Of a stretch of 64,000 nucleotides of DNA, positions 45,517 through 55,032 are shown one piece after another. Source of the stretch: Verrucomicrobiota bacterium (GTDB taxonomy: Bacteria > Verrucomicrobiota > Verrucomicrobiia > Limisphaerales > SIBE01); contig VHDE01000001.1 of NCBI GenBank assembly GCA_016871515.1, forward strand, positions 81,434-145,433, in the 5' to 3' direction. The notes beneath the pieces were generated by a model. The model worked only from the letters and a program-made list of their open reading frames with translations. It made no database searches and had not been told where the DNA came from. Both the position numbers and the translations under genes were made by a program. Each line of letters starts with the position of its first letter. The first letter of the stretch is position 1.

Positions 45517-47340
45517 TTATAGCTTGCGGAGACCGGCGGCGACGTTGCTCTTGGCCCGTTCGAGAATTTCACGGACCTTAAACGTCAGGCCATCCGTCTT
45601 GGTAATACCTCGAATCTTCGGGTCGCAAAATCGCGCTCGCAGCAACCCTGCCAGTTGGCCGTAGCCATAGATGCCTTCATCGTTCATCTCGACGACAAAC
45701 ACATGGTTAAATCCGGCGAAAATGTTTTCCAAACCGGGCGGGAGCGGGTTCAGATGTTTGATGTGGAGCGAAGAAACGCTATCGCCCCCGGCGCGCGCCC
45801 GATCAACAGCCTCACGAATTGGTCCTTGAGTGGAACCCCAGCCGACCAGAAGGACGTTGCCTTCGGAAGGCCCGTAAAGCTGCGGCGTCGGAAGTTTGGC
45901 GGCGAGTGCCTGCAGTTTTTTGCGCCGCTTGGCGACCATCTGCGTGTGCAGCTTGGGCGATCCCGTCGGGTGCCCCAATTCATCGTGCTCTAGCCCGGTG
46001 ACAATCGGATATTTTCCGCTTTGAATCCGAGTCCCGGGAGCAACATGACGCGTGACACCGCTTGAGACGGAGAGATCGTAAGGTTTATGGTCAGTCACCG
46101 GCGTGAGATCAGGCGAGATGTCCTGGCAAACCTTCTGCAAGTCGGGCTCCGGAAAGGCCTCGATGCGCGTCGCGATAGCTTGATCGCTCAAGATAAGGAC
46201 GGGCACGCTGAACTCGCGGGCTATGTTCACTGCTTCAATCGCCGTGTAAAAACAATCTTCGACATTCGCCGGCGCCAGCACAACACGCGGGCTGTCACCG
46301 TGTCCTCCGAAAACCGCGATGTTCAAGTCCGATTGTTCCACATTCGTCGGCATTCCGGTCGAAGGGCCGCCGCGCTGAATGTCACAAATGACCAACGGCA
46401 TTTCCGCCATGACTGCCCAGCCTAACGCTTCGGTCTTCAACGAGATGCCAGGCCCACTGGACCCCGTCACCGCGACGCGGCCGGCGTAACTCGCTCCCAA
46501 CGCCATCGAAATCGAAGCAATCTCATCTTCGCACTGCACAAAAATACCGCCATACTTCGGCAATTCGCGCCGCAACAATTCCATCACGTCGGACCACGGA
46601 GTAATCGGATAGCCCGCGCCGAAACGCACACCAGCAGCAATCAAACCATACCCGAGCGCCTCGTTCCCGTTCATCACAACCTGCTGCCCAACCTTCTTCT
46701 GGCTTTCAACAAACTGGAACGTTTCGAGAATGCTGCCCAAGGAATGGCTATAGCCCGCATGGAAAGCAGCCAGCGCGTTGTTCAGCACGCTGGCGTCCTT
46801 GCCGGTAAACCGTTCCGAAATAAGCTTCGTCAGTTTAGGAACGTTCAAATCGAACATCTTCGCCACTAAACCGAGCGCAAAAATGTTTTTGCCTTTGTCC
46901 TTGGCGGTTCCTCCAATCGCTTCCACGGTCAATCCCGAAATCGGCACGCCGACGTGGTGATATTCCTTTTCCCACTCCAGCTTCGGTTCCACATGATCAG
47001 AATCGTAAAGAACGATGCCGTTCTTCTTCAGTGAATTGATATGGTCTTCGTAAGAATGTTGATAGAACGCCAACAAAACGTCGGCTTCATCTCCGGAGCT
47101 CAGGACTTCTCCCGATCCGATACGAACTTGAAAAATGGAAGGTCCGCCCGAGATCGTGGAAGGAATTGTCATGAATGTCATGACTTCCTGTTCGCTGCGT
47201 CCGGCCAGCCGGGCCAAAAACCCGCCAATGGCCTGAATGCCATCTTGAGAATTGCCAGCAATTCGGATGACCGCCTCGGAGATTTTGGAGATTTTGGGGG
47301 AACCGCCCGTGGAGGGAGCGGCTACAGTTGCTTCACTCAT
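45517..47340 (-). CDS. korA: 2-oxoglutarate/2-oxoacid:ferredoxin oxidoreductase alpha subunit
   Basis: 607 aa with the N-terminal gamma-like domain fused to the alpha domain (GNEALGYGLIAAG..YPITPWS). It lies directly upstream of korB. Confidence 0.9.
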   Translation of the reverse strand: MSEATVAAPSTGGSPKISKISEAVIRIAGNSQDGIQAIGGFLARLAGRSEQEVMTFMTIPSTISGGPSIFQVRIGSGEVLSSGDEADVLLAFYQHSYEDHINSLKKNGIVLYDSDHVEPKLEWEKEYHHVGVPISGLTVEAIGGTAKDKGKNIFALGLVAKMFDLNVPKLTKLISERFTGKDASVLNNALAAFHAGYSHSLGSILETFQFVESQKKVGQQVVMNGNEALGYGLIAAGVRFGAGYPITPWSDVMELLRRELPKYGGIFVQCEDEIASISMALGASYAGRVAVTGSSGPGISLKTEALGWAVMAEMPLVICDIQRGGPSTGMPTNVEQSDLNIAVFGGHGDSPRVVLAPANVEDCFYTAIEAVNIAREFSVPVLILSDQAIATRIEAFPEPDLQKVCQDISPDLTPVTDHKPYDLSVSSGVTRHVAPGTRIQSGKYPIVTGLEHDELGHPTGSPKLHTQMVAKRRKKLQALAAKLPTPQLYGPSEGNVLLVGWGSTQGPIREAVDRARAGGDSVSSLHIKHLNPLPPGLENIFAGFNHVFVVEMNDEGIYGYGQLAGLLRARFCDPKIRGITKTDGLTFKVREILERAKSNVAAGLRKL

Positions 47341-47547
47341 TTACAACGATGGCATTAAAAGTTCGCGAAACGCGCCTGACCAGACACCCGTTCTGCTGAA
47401 ACGTTATCGCGTGCGTGGGTCACACTATCACCCTCTCCTCGGCTGTCAAACGAGAAACTTGGATATATCCAGCGTGTCAGTAACTACTTGCGCACAGAAG
47501 CAATCCGAAAGCCGCGCCGCCGATTGCCAAGCATCAAACTTCCTGAC

Positions 47548-48360
47548 TCACAATCCCGACACTTCAGACGAAACTGGGTCTGCAGCAAGCGACTTCAGAA
47601 CCACTTCTAATCCATCAGCAACACCGTAACCATGAGGCAAGTCGCTGACGTAGCCACACTGACGCCGGACGGTTAGCTTGACTGCATCGACCGCGTTTCG
47701 CGGGGCAATCAACCAGCGCGCATAATCCAGCGAGAGCATCGGCAAGTCATTCAAGTGATCTCCCGCCGCCACAATTTGGTCGGGCCCAACGCAAAGGCGT
47801 CGTCCAATCTCAGCTAGAGCCGATCCTTTGTTATATGCCGCATGGCTGAAGCGCGCATAAACGTCGTTCCGCACGTAAGCCAGATTCGGTATCCCTCGGC
47901 AATAGTCGTTAAGGTATTCGTGAATGACGTCGGCGTGTCCGTTGTTTTGGGCGATCAGACAAAAAGGCGAATAGCTGTCTTCATAAATCGTGGCTTGAAA
48001 CCGGCTTCGGATCCACTCCACCAGTCGAGGCAAGTCTTCTCTTAGTTGAACAAACACCTTCTCGTGCGCCGACTTGCATTTCGTGTTCCAAGTTTCGAGG
48101 TCGACGTATTGCGAATCCTCGCGTCGATAAATCTCGCGTTCCACGATCACGACGTAATCGGGCCAGATGGATAGTTGCGCTCGGCCGAGCGCAACTATCA
48201 AACTAGAAAGGTCCCGCCCGGTATTGATCACCCAAGTAACCCCTTTGGCCTGCAAGCTTGCGATCAAATCCTCCAGCACACGAGGCACGGGTGGATCTTC
48301 AAAATCTGTGTGGAAGGTGCCGTCAAAATCGGTCGATACGATTTGAATAGGAAATTTCAT
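47548..48360 (-). CDS. HAD-IIB (Cof/sucrose-phosphatase-like) hydrolase
   Basis: Motif I STDFDGT, motif II NTGR, motif IV GDHLNDLPM. Start at the ATG at 48360. Confidence 0.8.
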   Translation of the reverse strand: MKFPIQIVSTDFDGTFHTDFEDPPVPRVLEDLIASLQAKGVTWVINTGRDLSSLIVALGRAQLSIWPDYVVIVEREIYRREDSQYVDLETWNTKCKSAHEKVFVQLREDLPRLVEWIRSRFQATIYEDSYSPFCLIAQNNGHADVIHEYLNDYCRGIPNLAYVRNDVYARFSHAAYNKGSALAEIGRRLCVGPDQIVAAGDHLNDLPMLSLDYARWLIAPRNAVDAVKLTVRRQCGYVSDLPHGYGVADGLEVVLKSLAADPVSSEVSGL

Positions 48361-48514
48361 GGCTGCACGCATGCAACAGAGCGCGGACCGCTGAGTCCGC
48401 GCGTTTTCGTCTTTCAACCATTCTGTACTTGCGGACTCGGCGGTTCGCGCTCCCGAAGTCCGCACTTGCGCGGGCATTACATTGGTGCGATATCGTTGAT
48501 TGTCAAAAAGATTT

Positions 48515-48970
48515 ATGGCCGGACTCCAGGAGCAATACGACGACGCGATGTTCGAGTTCAGCACGAGGAATTACGACGCAGCCATTGCGAAGCTCCAATC
48601 AATTTTGGCGGAAGACCCGACTTATTTCGACGCTCAACTCTCCCTCGGCATGGCGTATTACCGCAAGGGGGACTTGGCGACAGCGATCGCGGAAGGTCAT
48701 AAAGCAGAAAAGCTGCGGCCAAAAGAGCAATTGGTGCACACAAATCTCTCGCTCTTTTACATGAAGAGCGGTGACAAAAAGACGGCTGAACATCATGGCT
48801 TGCAAGCCCGAATCGCCTCGTGGCGAGAGTCGACGCCGTCAGCCCCTGGTCATACGAGCGATCCTGAACTTGAAATCGCAAAACCGACACCTCCTCCAAT
48901 CAAGCTGCCGGAAAAATTTCCAGATATGCCTTGGAAGAAAAAGCCGCCTGTTGGAGGGGGAAAGCATTAG
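48515..48970 (+). CDS. TPR-repeat protein
   Basis: TPR-like units (A..Y..AI..L...L..DP.YFDAQLSLGMAYYRKGDLATAI). ATG at 48515; the track start at 48500 is a TTG. Confidence 0.7.
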   Translation: MAGLQEQYDDAMFEFSTRNYDAAIAKLQSILAEDPTYFDAQLSLGMAYYRKGDLATAIAEGHKAEKLRPKEQLVHTNLSLFYMKSGDKKTAEHHGLQARIASWRESTPSAPGHTSDPELEIAKPTPPPIKLPEKFPDMPWKKKPPVGGGKH

Positions 48971-49018
48971 TCCGGCGCAGCCAACTGCGTTCCTCGTCAT
49001 TTCGTCAGCCGTTCCAAT

Positions 49019-49324
49019 ATGAGCGAATACATCTCAATCGCTGAAACAAAGGCCATTCCAATGGATCGAGGTCTCTCGGTTAAACTGGATGGCCGGCAAT
49101 TTGCGCTTTTCCGCATTGGTGGAGACTATTATGCGTTGGACGGAGAATGTCCGCATCGCGGCGGACCGCTTGGCGAAGGGTTAATTGAAAATGGCCAGGT
49201 TTATTGTCCGATGCACGGATGGAGATTCGACGCAAAAACCGGCGCGTGCGTGGACAACCCGAATAAGCCTGTTCGCTGCTTTCGAACAAGGGTCGTCGAT
49301 GGTTTTGTGCAAATTGAACTTTAG
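49019..49324 (+). CDS. Rieske [2Fe-2S] domain protein (NirD-like small subunit)
   Basis: CPHRGGPL ... CPMHGWRF cluster-binding motifs. Confidence 0.85.
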   Translation: MSEYISIAETKAIPMDRGLSVKLDGRQFALFRIGGDYYALDGECPHRGGPLGEGLIENGQVYCPMHGWRFDAKTGACVDNPNKPVRCFRTRVVDGFVQIEL

Positions 49325-49341
49325 GCTCAGCGTAATTATCT

Positions 49342-49617
49342 ATGAAATCTGCCTACGAACTCGCTATGGAGCGCCTCAACAAGACGGCGCCGACGGTAAA
49401 ATTGACTGAGGATCAAAAGAAACAACTCGCCGAACTAGATTCTGTGTATGCGGCGAAGATCGCTGAACGCGAGATCTTCATAAATGGCGAACTTGGCAAA
49501 GCCGCGCAGAAGGGCGATTACGAAGCCATGGAACAACTCCAAAAGCAGCTCGTCAGCGACCGCAAAAGTTTGCAAGCCGAACTCGAGGAGAAAAAAGAAA
49601 AGGTCCGGCAAACGTAG
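49342..49617 (+). CDS. Small coiled-coil hypothetical protein
   Basis: Charged helical 91-aa ORF, 18 nt after the Rieske gene. No recognisable motif. Confidence 0.5.
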   Translation: MKSAYELAMERLNKTAPTVKLTEDQKKQLAELDSVYAAKIAEREIFINGELGKAAQKGDYEAMEQLQKQLVSDRKSLQAELEEKKEKVRQT

Positions 49618-49746
49618 GACAGCGCGTTTCGCCTGTCTTGGCTTCGAGGGAAACATCAGCCCGCGGCAAACCACAGCGTTTTTCGAAATAGGAATCAGAT
49701 CGAAAGAGGATTTTCTTGGTGATCTCAAAGTTCAGGGCCAGAAACT

Positions 49747-49890
49747 TTACGGCGTTCGCCAGAGATCATGATGGGGCTCGTTGCCACTGTTCCACCGGCC
49801 GCGCGCTGAATCGGTAGCGTCCAGGTAAAGTTTCCGGTAATCGAAAGCTTCAACGTGGCCATCGCAGAATGTCACGTTCCTCGCGCACAT
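49747..49890 (-). pseudogene. C-terminal remnant of a prepilin-type H-X9-DG (DUF1559-like) protein
   Basis: NVTFCDGHVEAFDYRKLY carries the ..DGHVE.. signature of the C-terminal H-X9-DG motif. The N-terminal methylation motif and the body are absent, and a repeat element lies where they should be. Confidence 0.55.
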
Positions 49891-49945
49891 GAAGGAACAA
49901 GCGCATCTGCCAGCACGCCGTCGTTTTGCACCGGAACGCCTTGGT

Positions 49946-50082
49946 CGTAACGCAGACTTGCAGTCTGCTGTATCGCCGACTTTCAGTCGGCACCTGCTTG
50001 GCTTGTCCAGTGGGTCCGAGGTTGCGGAAGCTCCGCGGATTGAAAATCCGCGATACAGCAGAGTGAAACTCTGCGTTACGAC
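49946..50082. repeat. Minimal 137-nt MITE-like element with 31-bp terminal inverted repeats
   Basis: CGTAACGCAGACTTGCAGTCTGCTGTATCGC (49947-49977) and GCGATACAGCAGAGTGAAACTCTGCGTTACG (50050-50080). Internal hairpins are GCCGACT-TTC-AGTCGGC and GCGGATT-GAAA-ATCCGC. Confidence 0.9.
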
Positions 50083-50168
50083 AATGGCACGTTCGAACTG
50101 GTGGTGCTGCCAAGATGAATTACACCAAGCGCTAAAGCGAACTTGGCCCGAGGGCGGAATGCGCTGTT

Positions 50169-50735
50169 CTAAGGCACCGCGTGCTTCCTTCTCCATAATT
50201 CAAAGTGGTACAAAGCGACTACAACCAAGGAATGCTGGATTTTGCCTGACCTGACCAACTCTGAAATATCCCCCACGGGAACCAACCGTGTGATCAAATC
50301 CTCGCCGTGATCGAAAACTGTCGGATGTTTGAGTAAGCAATTCTCGACGAGCACGGTGAAGCACGTATTGCTCATGATCGCCGGGTTCGGATAAATCTGG
50401 CCGATAATCTGCGCGTTCTCGCCTTCGTAGCCCGTTTCTTCCCCGAGTTCACGAGTTCCAGCTGTTACCGGTGATTCATCCTCGGCATCGATCATTCCCC
50501 CGGGAATTTCCAATTCGATTGAGTTGGAACCATGGCGATACTGTTCGACCATGACCAACTGCTTCTCCGGCGTGACCGCGATGACATTGACCCAGTTGAC
50601 ACAATCAATGACAAAGAAATCATGTTCGCGACCAGTTCGTGGGGAGCGTTTGACATCGGTTCGAACTTGAAAAATTCGAAAATCACCAGCCGGACACGAA
50701 CTGATCTTTGACCAAGGTTTGATCATCGTCACCAT
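50169..50735 (-). CDS. NUDIX hydrolase (ADP-ribose pyrophosphatase-like)
   Basis: Nudix box GGMIDAEDESPVTAGTRELGEETGY. Confidence 0.85.
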   Translation of the reverse strand: MVTMIKPWSKISSCPAGDFRIFQVRTDVKRSPRTGREHDFFVIDCVNWVNVIAVTPEKQLVMVEQYRHGSNSIELEIPGGMIDAEDESPVTAGTRELGEETGYEGENAQIIGQIYPNPAIMSNTCFTVLVENCLLKHPTVFDHGEDLITRLVPVGDISELVRSGKIQHSLVVVALYHFELWRRKHAVP

Positions 50736-50923
50736 CCTTTTTCTTTTGCCGCCCAGCCCTGCTTCATCAAAGACAACAAATGAAGCATCGCGGTATCGTA
50801 CGGGGCATTCTTTTGCTCCGCCAGTTGCTTCGCGCGCTTGTCAAGTTGCGCCGCCATTTCCACCGATTTGTCTGCCGGGCAGCCCATTGAAACCAGGACC
50901 GTGGCAAGTTCAGTCAATTGCAT
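50729..50923 (-). CDS. Small hypothetical protein (64 aa)
   Basis: ATG at 50923 (the track start is a TTG). Its end overlaps the Nudix start by 7 nt, which suggests co-translation. No motif recognised. Confidence 0.45.
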   Translation of the reverse strand: MQLTELATVLVSMGCPADKSVEMAAQLDKRAKQLAEQKNAPYDTAMLHLLSLMKQGWAAKEKGW

Positions 50924-51062
50924 GTTGGAGAATTGATGCAAATCATCAGTGCGTCATGTCTCGGTGAAATCAGCGCCATCGACATTGCATAAATACCTGC
51001 CACGGATTGGCCGCAAAGTCACGCTGCGATCGGCCACCGCCGATTTCTCCGATCGTTGGCAA

Positions 51063-51130
51063 GGGCCGATTCCACTCCAATGCCTTTCGGTAATTCGAAG
51101 AGGATTGTCCCGGAGGGACACGAGAACCTA
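51063..51130. repeat. Solo half-copy of the 44382-44504 palindromic element
   Basis: GATTCCACTCCAATGCCTTTCGGTAATTCGAAGAGGATTGTCCCGGAGGGACA aligns with the left arm plus apex of the long hairpin (~80% identity by eye). No right arm is present. Confidence 0.7.
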
Positions 51131-51366
51131 ACGACTATCGAATCGCTCATCAGGACGATGAACCAAACAATGTTCAACGCCAAACGTTGAAAGCTCAACA
51201 TTCAAACATTCAAGGGATGGATTCGTTGAACGTTGAGCGTTTCCGCCTGTAAGTGGAAAGACCTCATCCTAGATGCCTTATGGATAGCATTGTGAAGTTG
51301 CAATCCTAGTCCATTCTTTAGATAACAACGCGCAGTCATTCGTGCGCCGAATGGCCTCAAACAGCC

Positions 51367-52102
51367 ATGATCTATCAGACGTATCGTCCAAGCTTTCCGC
51401 TTTCGCAGTTCATCGAGTTCCTTTGGTTTTTCGAGGGCGCCTGTCCCGGCTGCACCAAAGAGCGGGTGCTGCCGAACGGTGTATGCGAATTGATTATCAA
51501 TTTGCGGCCGGAACCGAAGCGTCTCTTTGATCGCGAGAATCTTTCGCGTTACCAATCCTTTCGCCGAAGTTGGATTTCCGGCACGCATTCGGAGTTCATC
51601 GTTATCGACGCGAGCGAAAACTCCTCGATGAGGGGGATCCATTTCAAGCCTGGCGGCGCGCATCCGTTCTTTGAGTTTCCAATCTCAGAATTGGCCGATG
51701 CTGTGGTGGAGTTCGATACCGTTTGGGGCGGCCAAGCCACCGAGTTCCGCGACCGGTTGCTAGAACTCGTGGACCCGATAGACAAGTTCCGAGCGCTCGA
51801 AGAGTTCCTGCTGCTGCGTCTTTCTCACGCACGCCCGCACAGTCATCGTGTAGCATTCGCGCTGCGTCAGTTTGAGTCTTTGCCGCATTCGGCGATTTCA
51901 GCCCGTTTTGATGGGCATTGAGAAGAAGCGGCGATTGGAATGGGCCGACGTGGCGTGCGCGTGCGGTTACTTCGATCAAGCTCACTTCGTCCGCGATTTT
52001 CAGAGCTTTTCCGGGTTGAATCCTTCGAGATACCTGACGGTCCGAGGCGAATACATCAATCACGTTCCAATCCCCGACACCAATGAAGCGAGCGCGTGGT
52101 AA
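51367..52102 (+). pseudogene. AraC-family transcriptional regulator with internal deletion and frameshift
   Basis: The N-terminal sensor domain is intact (51367-51921). Only the second half of the HTH domain survives, in another frame (RIRRFQPVL....LEWADVACACGYFDQAHFVRDFQSFSGLNPSRYL). About 35 aa covering the first HTH helix pair are missing. Confidence 0.75.
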
Positions 52103-52168
52103 AGTTTTTACAATACCACCGAGCGCGCATTTGATAGAACGTCTGCAACCAACAAGCGAACTCCAATT

Positions 52169-52708
52169 ATGCAACGACTGACAAGCAGCCTCCTCCTGGC
52201 GCTACTGTTCACGAATGGCCTTCTCGCCGCAGATAACCCCAGCGCGACTCTCGCCAAAGAACTGGAGCCGCTAAAAGCTTTCGTCGGCAAGTCCTGGAAA
52301 GGACCACTTCGCAATTCTACGCCAGAAAAGCCCGTCATTGATGTGATGAGATGGGAACGCGCCCTCAATGGCCAGGCCATTCGCATTCTGCATTCGATCA
52401 ACGAAGGCGATTAGGGCGGAGAAACGATCGTTATCTGGAACCGGAAAACGCAACGGCTCGAGTATCATTACTTCACAACGGCTGGCTTTCAAACGCATGG
52501 CACAATGACGCTCGAGAACGGCAAACTTATCTCGCATGAGGAAGTGACCGGCAACGAAGGCGGTGTCGCCGCCGTAAAGGCGACGACGCAAATCCTGTCC
52601 AATGGGCGGATGCACCTCAAGTCACGTTACCTCAAAAACGGCGAGTGGGTCGATGGCCACGAAGTTACCTGCGAGGAGACCCCGGGCGCGGAAGTGAAAT
52701 TCAGGTAA
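52169..52708 (+). pseudogene. Secreted hypothetical protein interrupted by a single in-frame TAG
   Basis: ORFs 52169-52414 and 52505-52708 are in the same frame. The sequence reads through as ..HSINEGD-TAG(52412-52414)-GGETIVIWNRKTQRLEYHYFTTAGF.. with no other lesion. A signal peptide is present. Confidence 0.75.
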
Positions 52709-52857
52709 GCGTCGTGCGGAGAAAACTTTGTCGAGAACTTCGTCGAAGTGGACGTTTTTTCAGCCTCTTTTGACAAAGACGGGCGACGAAGTTCGGCAGG
52801 CCTTGCTTCTGCCACCAGCTCTAAATCGAAACAGACAACCTTGGGACACTGCTACAG

Positions 52858-52929
52858 GAGCGCGGATGCCCGCATCCCCGACATACATAACCGGTCCAAC
52901 GAACTGCGCGGTTGTGGGCATCCGCGCTC
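52858..52929. repeat. 14-bp perfect inverted repeat (GAGCGCGGATGCCC ... GGGCATCCGCGCTC) between convergent genes
   Basis: Arms at 52858-52871 and 52916-52929 with a 44-nt loop. Possible bidirectional terminator or REP. Confidence 0.6.
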
Positions 52930-52987
52930 CGATTACCGCACGAGAGACTGTCCCAATCCCTCTTGTTTTGATTTAGCGAAGGAGTCG

Positions 52988-54562
52988 TCAGGCTTTCTGG
53001 AGTCTCGGTTGGCCATTCTCGACGACGAATGAAGCTCGAGTGACCAGAGGCCCTCCTTTGCGCGTGACGTATTCCACGATCTGATAATCTGTTCTCCATT
53101 CCTTGGCTGAGACCTCGCATTGCACGTAACCGCGCTCAGCGTTGTGGAATTTTACAAAAGGATTTTCGCGCAGCAATTGCTCGAGGCTCTTCGGTGATTG
53201 AGTTCCATCGCCTCCAGACGAAATGGAAGTGCCCACGAACTCAGTTGCCACCGGAGCAGCTTCGAGGTTCTCGAAGTCAGTGAGCAATTCGTTGGCCCAG
53301 TTGCTATGAATGTCGCCCCCCAGAACGACCGGGTTGGATATTTGTCGCTCGCGGAAGAATTTCAGGAGTCTGCGTCGTTCGATTTCGTAGCCAGGCCATT
53401 GGTCCATGCTGTAAGCATACGGTTCGCCGGGAGTGCGATCGACGCAGGCCATCATGATTTGTTGCGCCAGGACGTTCCATCGCGCCGTGGAGTTGGTCAG
53501 GGATTGTTCGAGCCACTCGGATTGGCGGTGGCCAAGAAGGGTCGCCTTCAGATCGTACGCGGCTGCACAGGGTGGGTGATTGCCATCGCCGCACGGTTGG
53601 TCGGTTCGGTACTGCCTGGTATCGAGGACCAAAAAGTCAGCGAGCCGTCCAAAGGAAATTCGCCGATAAAGTTTCATGTCCGGCCCATTAGGAATCGAAG
53701 TGCGCCGCAACGGCATGTGTTCGTAATAGGCCTGATACGCTCCGGCGCGCCGACGCAGGAAGTCCGCCGGTTGTACTTTGGCCTCTTCCGAGATGTCCCC
53801 GGCGCAGTTGTTGTCAAACTCATGGTCGTCCCAGGTGACGATCCAAGGTGCGGCTGCATGCATTGTTTGCAGAGCTTCATCGGTTCTGTACTGAGCGTGA
53901 CGAATTCGGTAGTCGTCGAGCGACCTTAGCTCTGCGCCAACGTGCCGCCGAACCTGCTTTTCCTGAGCGGCCCCTTCGTAAATGTAATCTCCGAGATGCA
54001 ACACGAGGTCGAGGCCTTCGCGAGCCATGTGTTCGTAAGCCGTAAAGTATCCAGTCTCGAAGTGCTGACAGGACGCAAACGCAAAACGGAGCTTTTCGGG
54101 AAAGGCACGGTTCGATGGCATCGTGCGTGTTCTTCCTTTGGGGCTCACCTCACCGCCGGCTTTGAATTGATACCAATACCAACGATTTGCGCGCAGGCCT
54201 TCAACTTCCACGTGCACGGAATGCGCCCACTCGGGGCGGGCCACGGTCTTGCCCTGGCGAATCACTTTGCCCATCCGTTCATCTTCCGCGATTTGCCAGA
54301 AAACTTCGATGGGCTCGTCCGACAGGCCGCCGCCGATCAATGGGTTAGGCGCCAGGCGTGTCCAAAGAACAACGCCATCCGGTGTTGGATCACCCGAAGC
54401 AATGCCAAGTTGGAATGGGTAGGCCGAGAATTTTGGGTTCCGCCGCACGGCGCCAAACGAACTGGACGACCAGAGAGCAGCGGCAGCAAGTGAGCCGCTA
54501 GTCCGGATAAAAGCGCGACGGCTGATGGGACGTGCATCACAAGTCGGATAAAGGGGATTCAT
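52988..54562 (-). CDS. phoD: Alkaline phosphatase D (PhoD-family), Tat-secreted
   Basis: The ATG at 54562 gives MNPLYPTCDARPISRRAFIRTSGSLAAAAL (twin-arginine signal). Motifs include HLGDYIYE, WDDHEFDNN and GGDIHSNW. Confidence 0.9.
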   Translation of the reverse strand: MNPLYPTCDARPISRRAFIRTSGSLAAAALWSSSSFGAVRRNPKFSAYPFQLGIASGDPTPDGVVLWTRLAPNPLIGGGLSDEPIEVFWQIAEDERMGKVIRQGKTVARPEWAHSVHVEVEGLRANRWYWYQFKAGGEVSPKGRTRTMPSNRAFPEKLRFAFASCQHFETGYFTAYEHMAREGLDLVLHLGDYIYEGAAQEKQVRRHVGAELRSLDDYRIRHAQYRTDEALQTMHAAAPWIVTWDDHEFDNNCAGDISEEAKVQPADFLRRRAGAYQAYYEHMPLRRTSIPNGPDMKLYRRISFGRLADFLVLDTRQYRTDQPCGDGNHPPCAAAYDLKATLLGHRQSEWLEQSLTNSTARWNVLAQQIMMACVDRTPGEPYAYSMDQWPGYEIERRRLLKFFRERQISNPVVLGGDIHSNWANELLTDFENLEAAPVATEFVGTSISSGGDGTQSPKSLEQLLRENPFVKFHNAERGYVQCEVSAKEWRTDYQIVEYVTRKGGPLVTRASFVVENGQPRLQKA

Positions 54563-54610
54563 TTGCGACCTCTTTTCAACCAGGACCAGGGTTGATGTCA
54601 AGGAATCCGT

Positions 54611-54637
54611 CATTCGCTGCATTCGCTGCATTCGCTG
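54611..54637 (-). promoter_or_regulatory. Three tandem 9-bp direct repeats (CAGCGAATG on the coding strand) 49-75 nt upstream of the phoD ATG; candidate regulator binding array
   Basis: CATTCGCTG x3, perfect and head-to-tail. A TTGACA hexamer (complement of 54596-54601) lies immediately downstream on the phoD strand. Confidence 0.3.
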
Positions 54638-55032
54638 TTCGCAGGGCGGCACGCATTGGGACCATGAACGCGATAGGGGCGGGGACAGCCTGTCCCCCGG
54701 TGCGGTAGCTTCGGAATCGCGGACAGCTGTCCCCGCTCCTAAATCAAACCACAGGACATTGCTACGTTTCAGCTTCCCTGCCATCAACGTGTGTGCCAAT
54801 CTTGCCGGGTTCGATTTTAGCGCGTTCAGGAAAATCTTCGGGACGTTAGCGAGGTAACAAAGAGCGCTCCCCCATAGGAGCATTCCTGCCGCGTCAACGC
54901 TGGCTCTTGTCGGAATCAAATTACAGTAGCGAGCCAAACGAAGGCGCTTTCACCTTGCGCCAGAGGTTGTCCGGCGATTACCTTCCTTCACGACCGCCGA
55001 AAATGAATGTTTTATCAGCGAAAGGATAATTC

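Noticed and set aside
51202-51663. The 153-aa minus-strand ORF opposite the AraC pseudogene 5' region.
   Set aside because: It has no motif and a start within repeat-like sequence (CGTTGAACGTTGAGCG motifs). It overlaps a recognisable, though decayed, AraC N-domain on the other strand.
54563-54601. A complete sigma70-type promoter for phoD (TTGACA plus a -10 box).
   Set aside because: The hexamer 17 nt downstream of TTGACA is TGAAAA, a poor -10. It would also leave a leader too short to contain the GAGG RBS. Only the direct-repeat array is reported, at low confidence.
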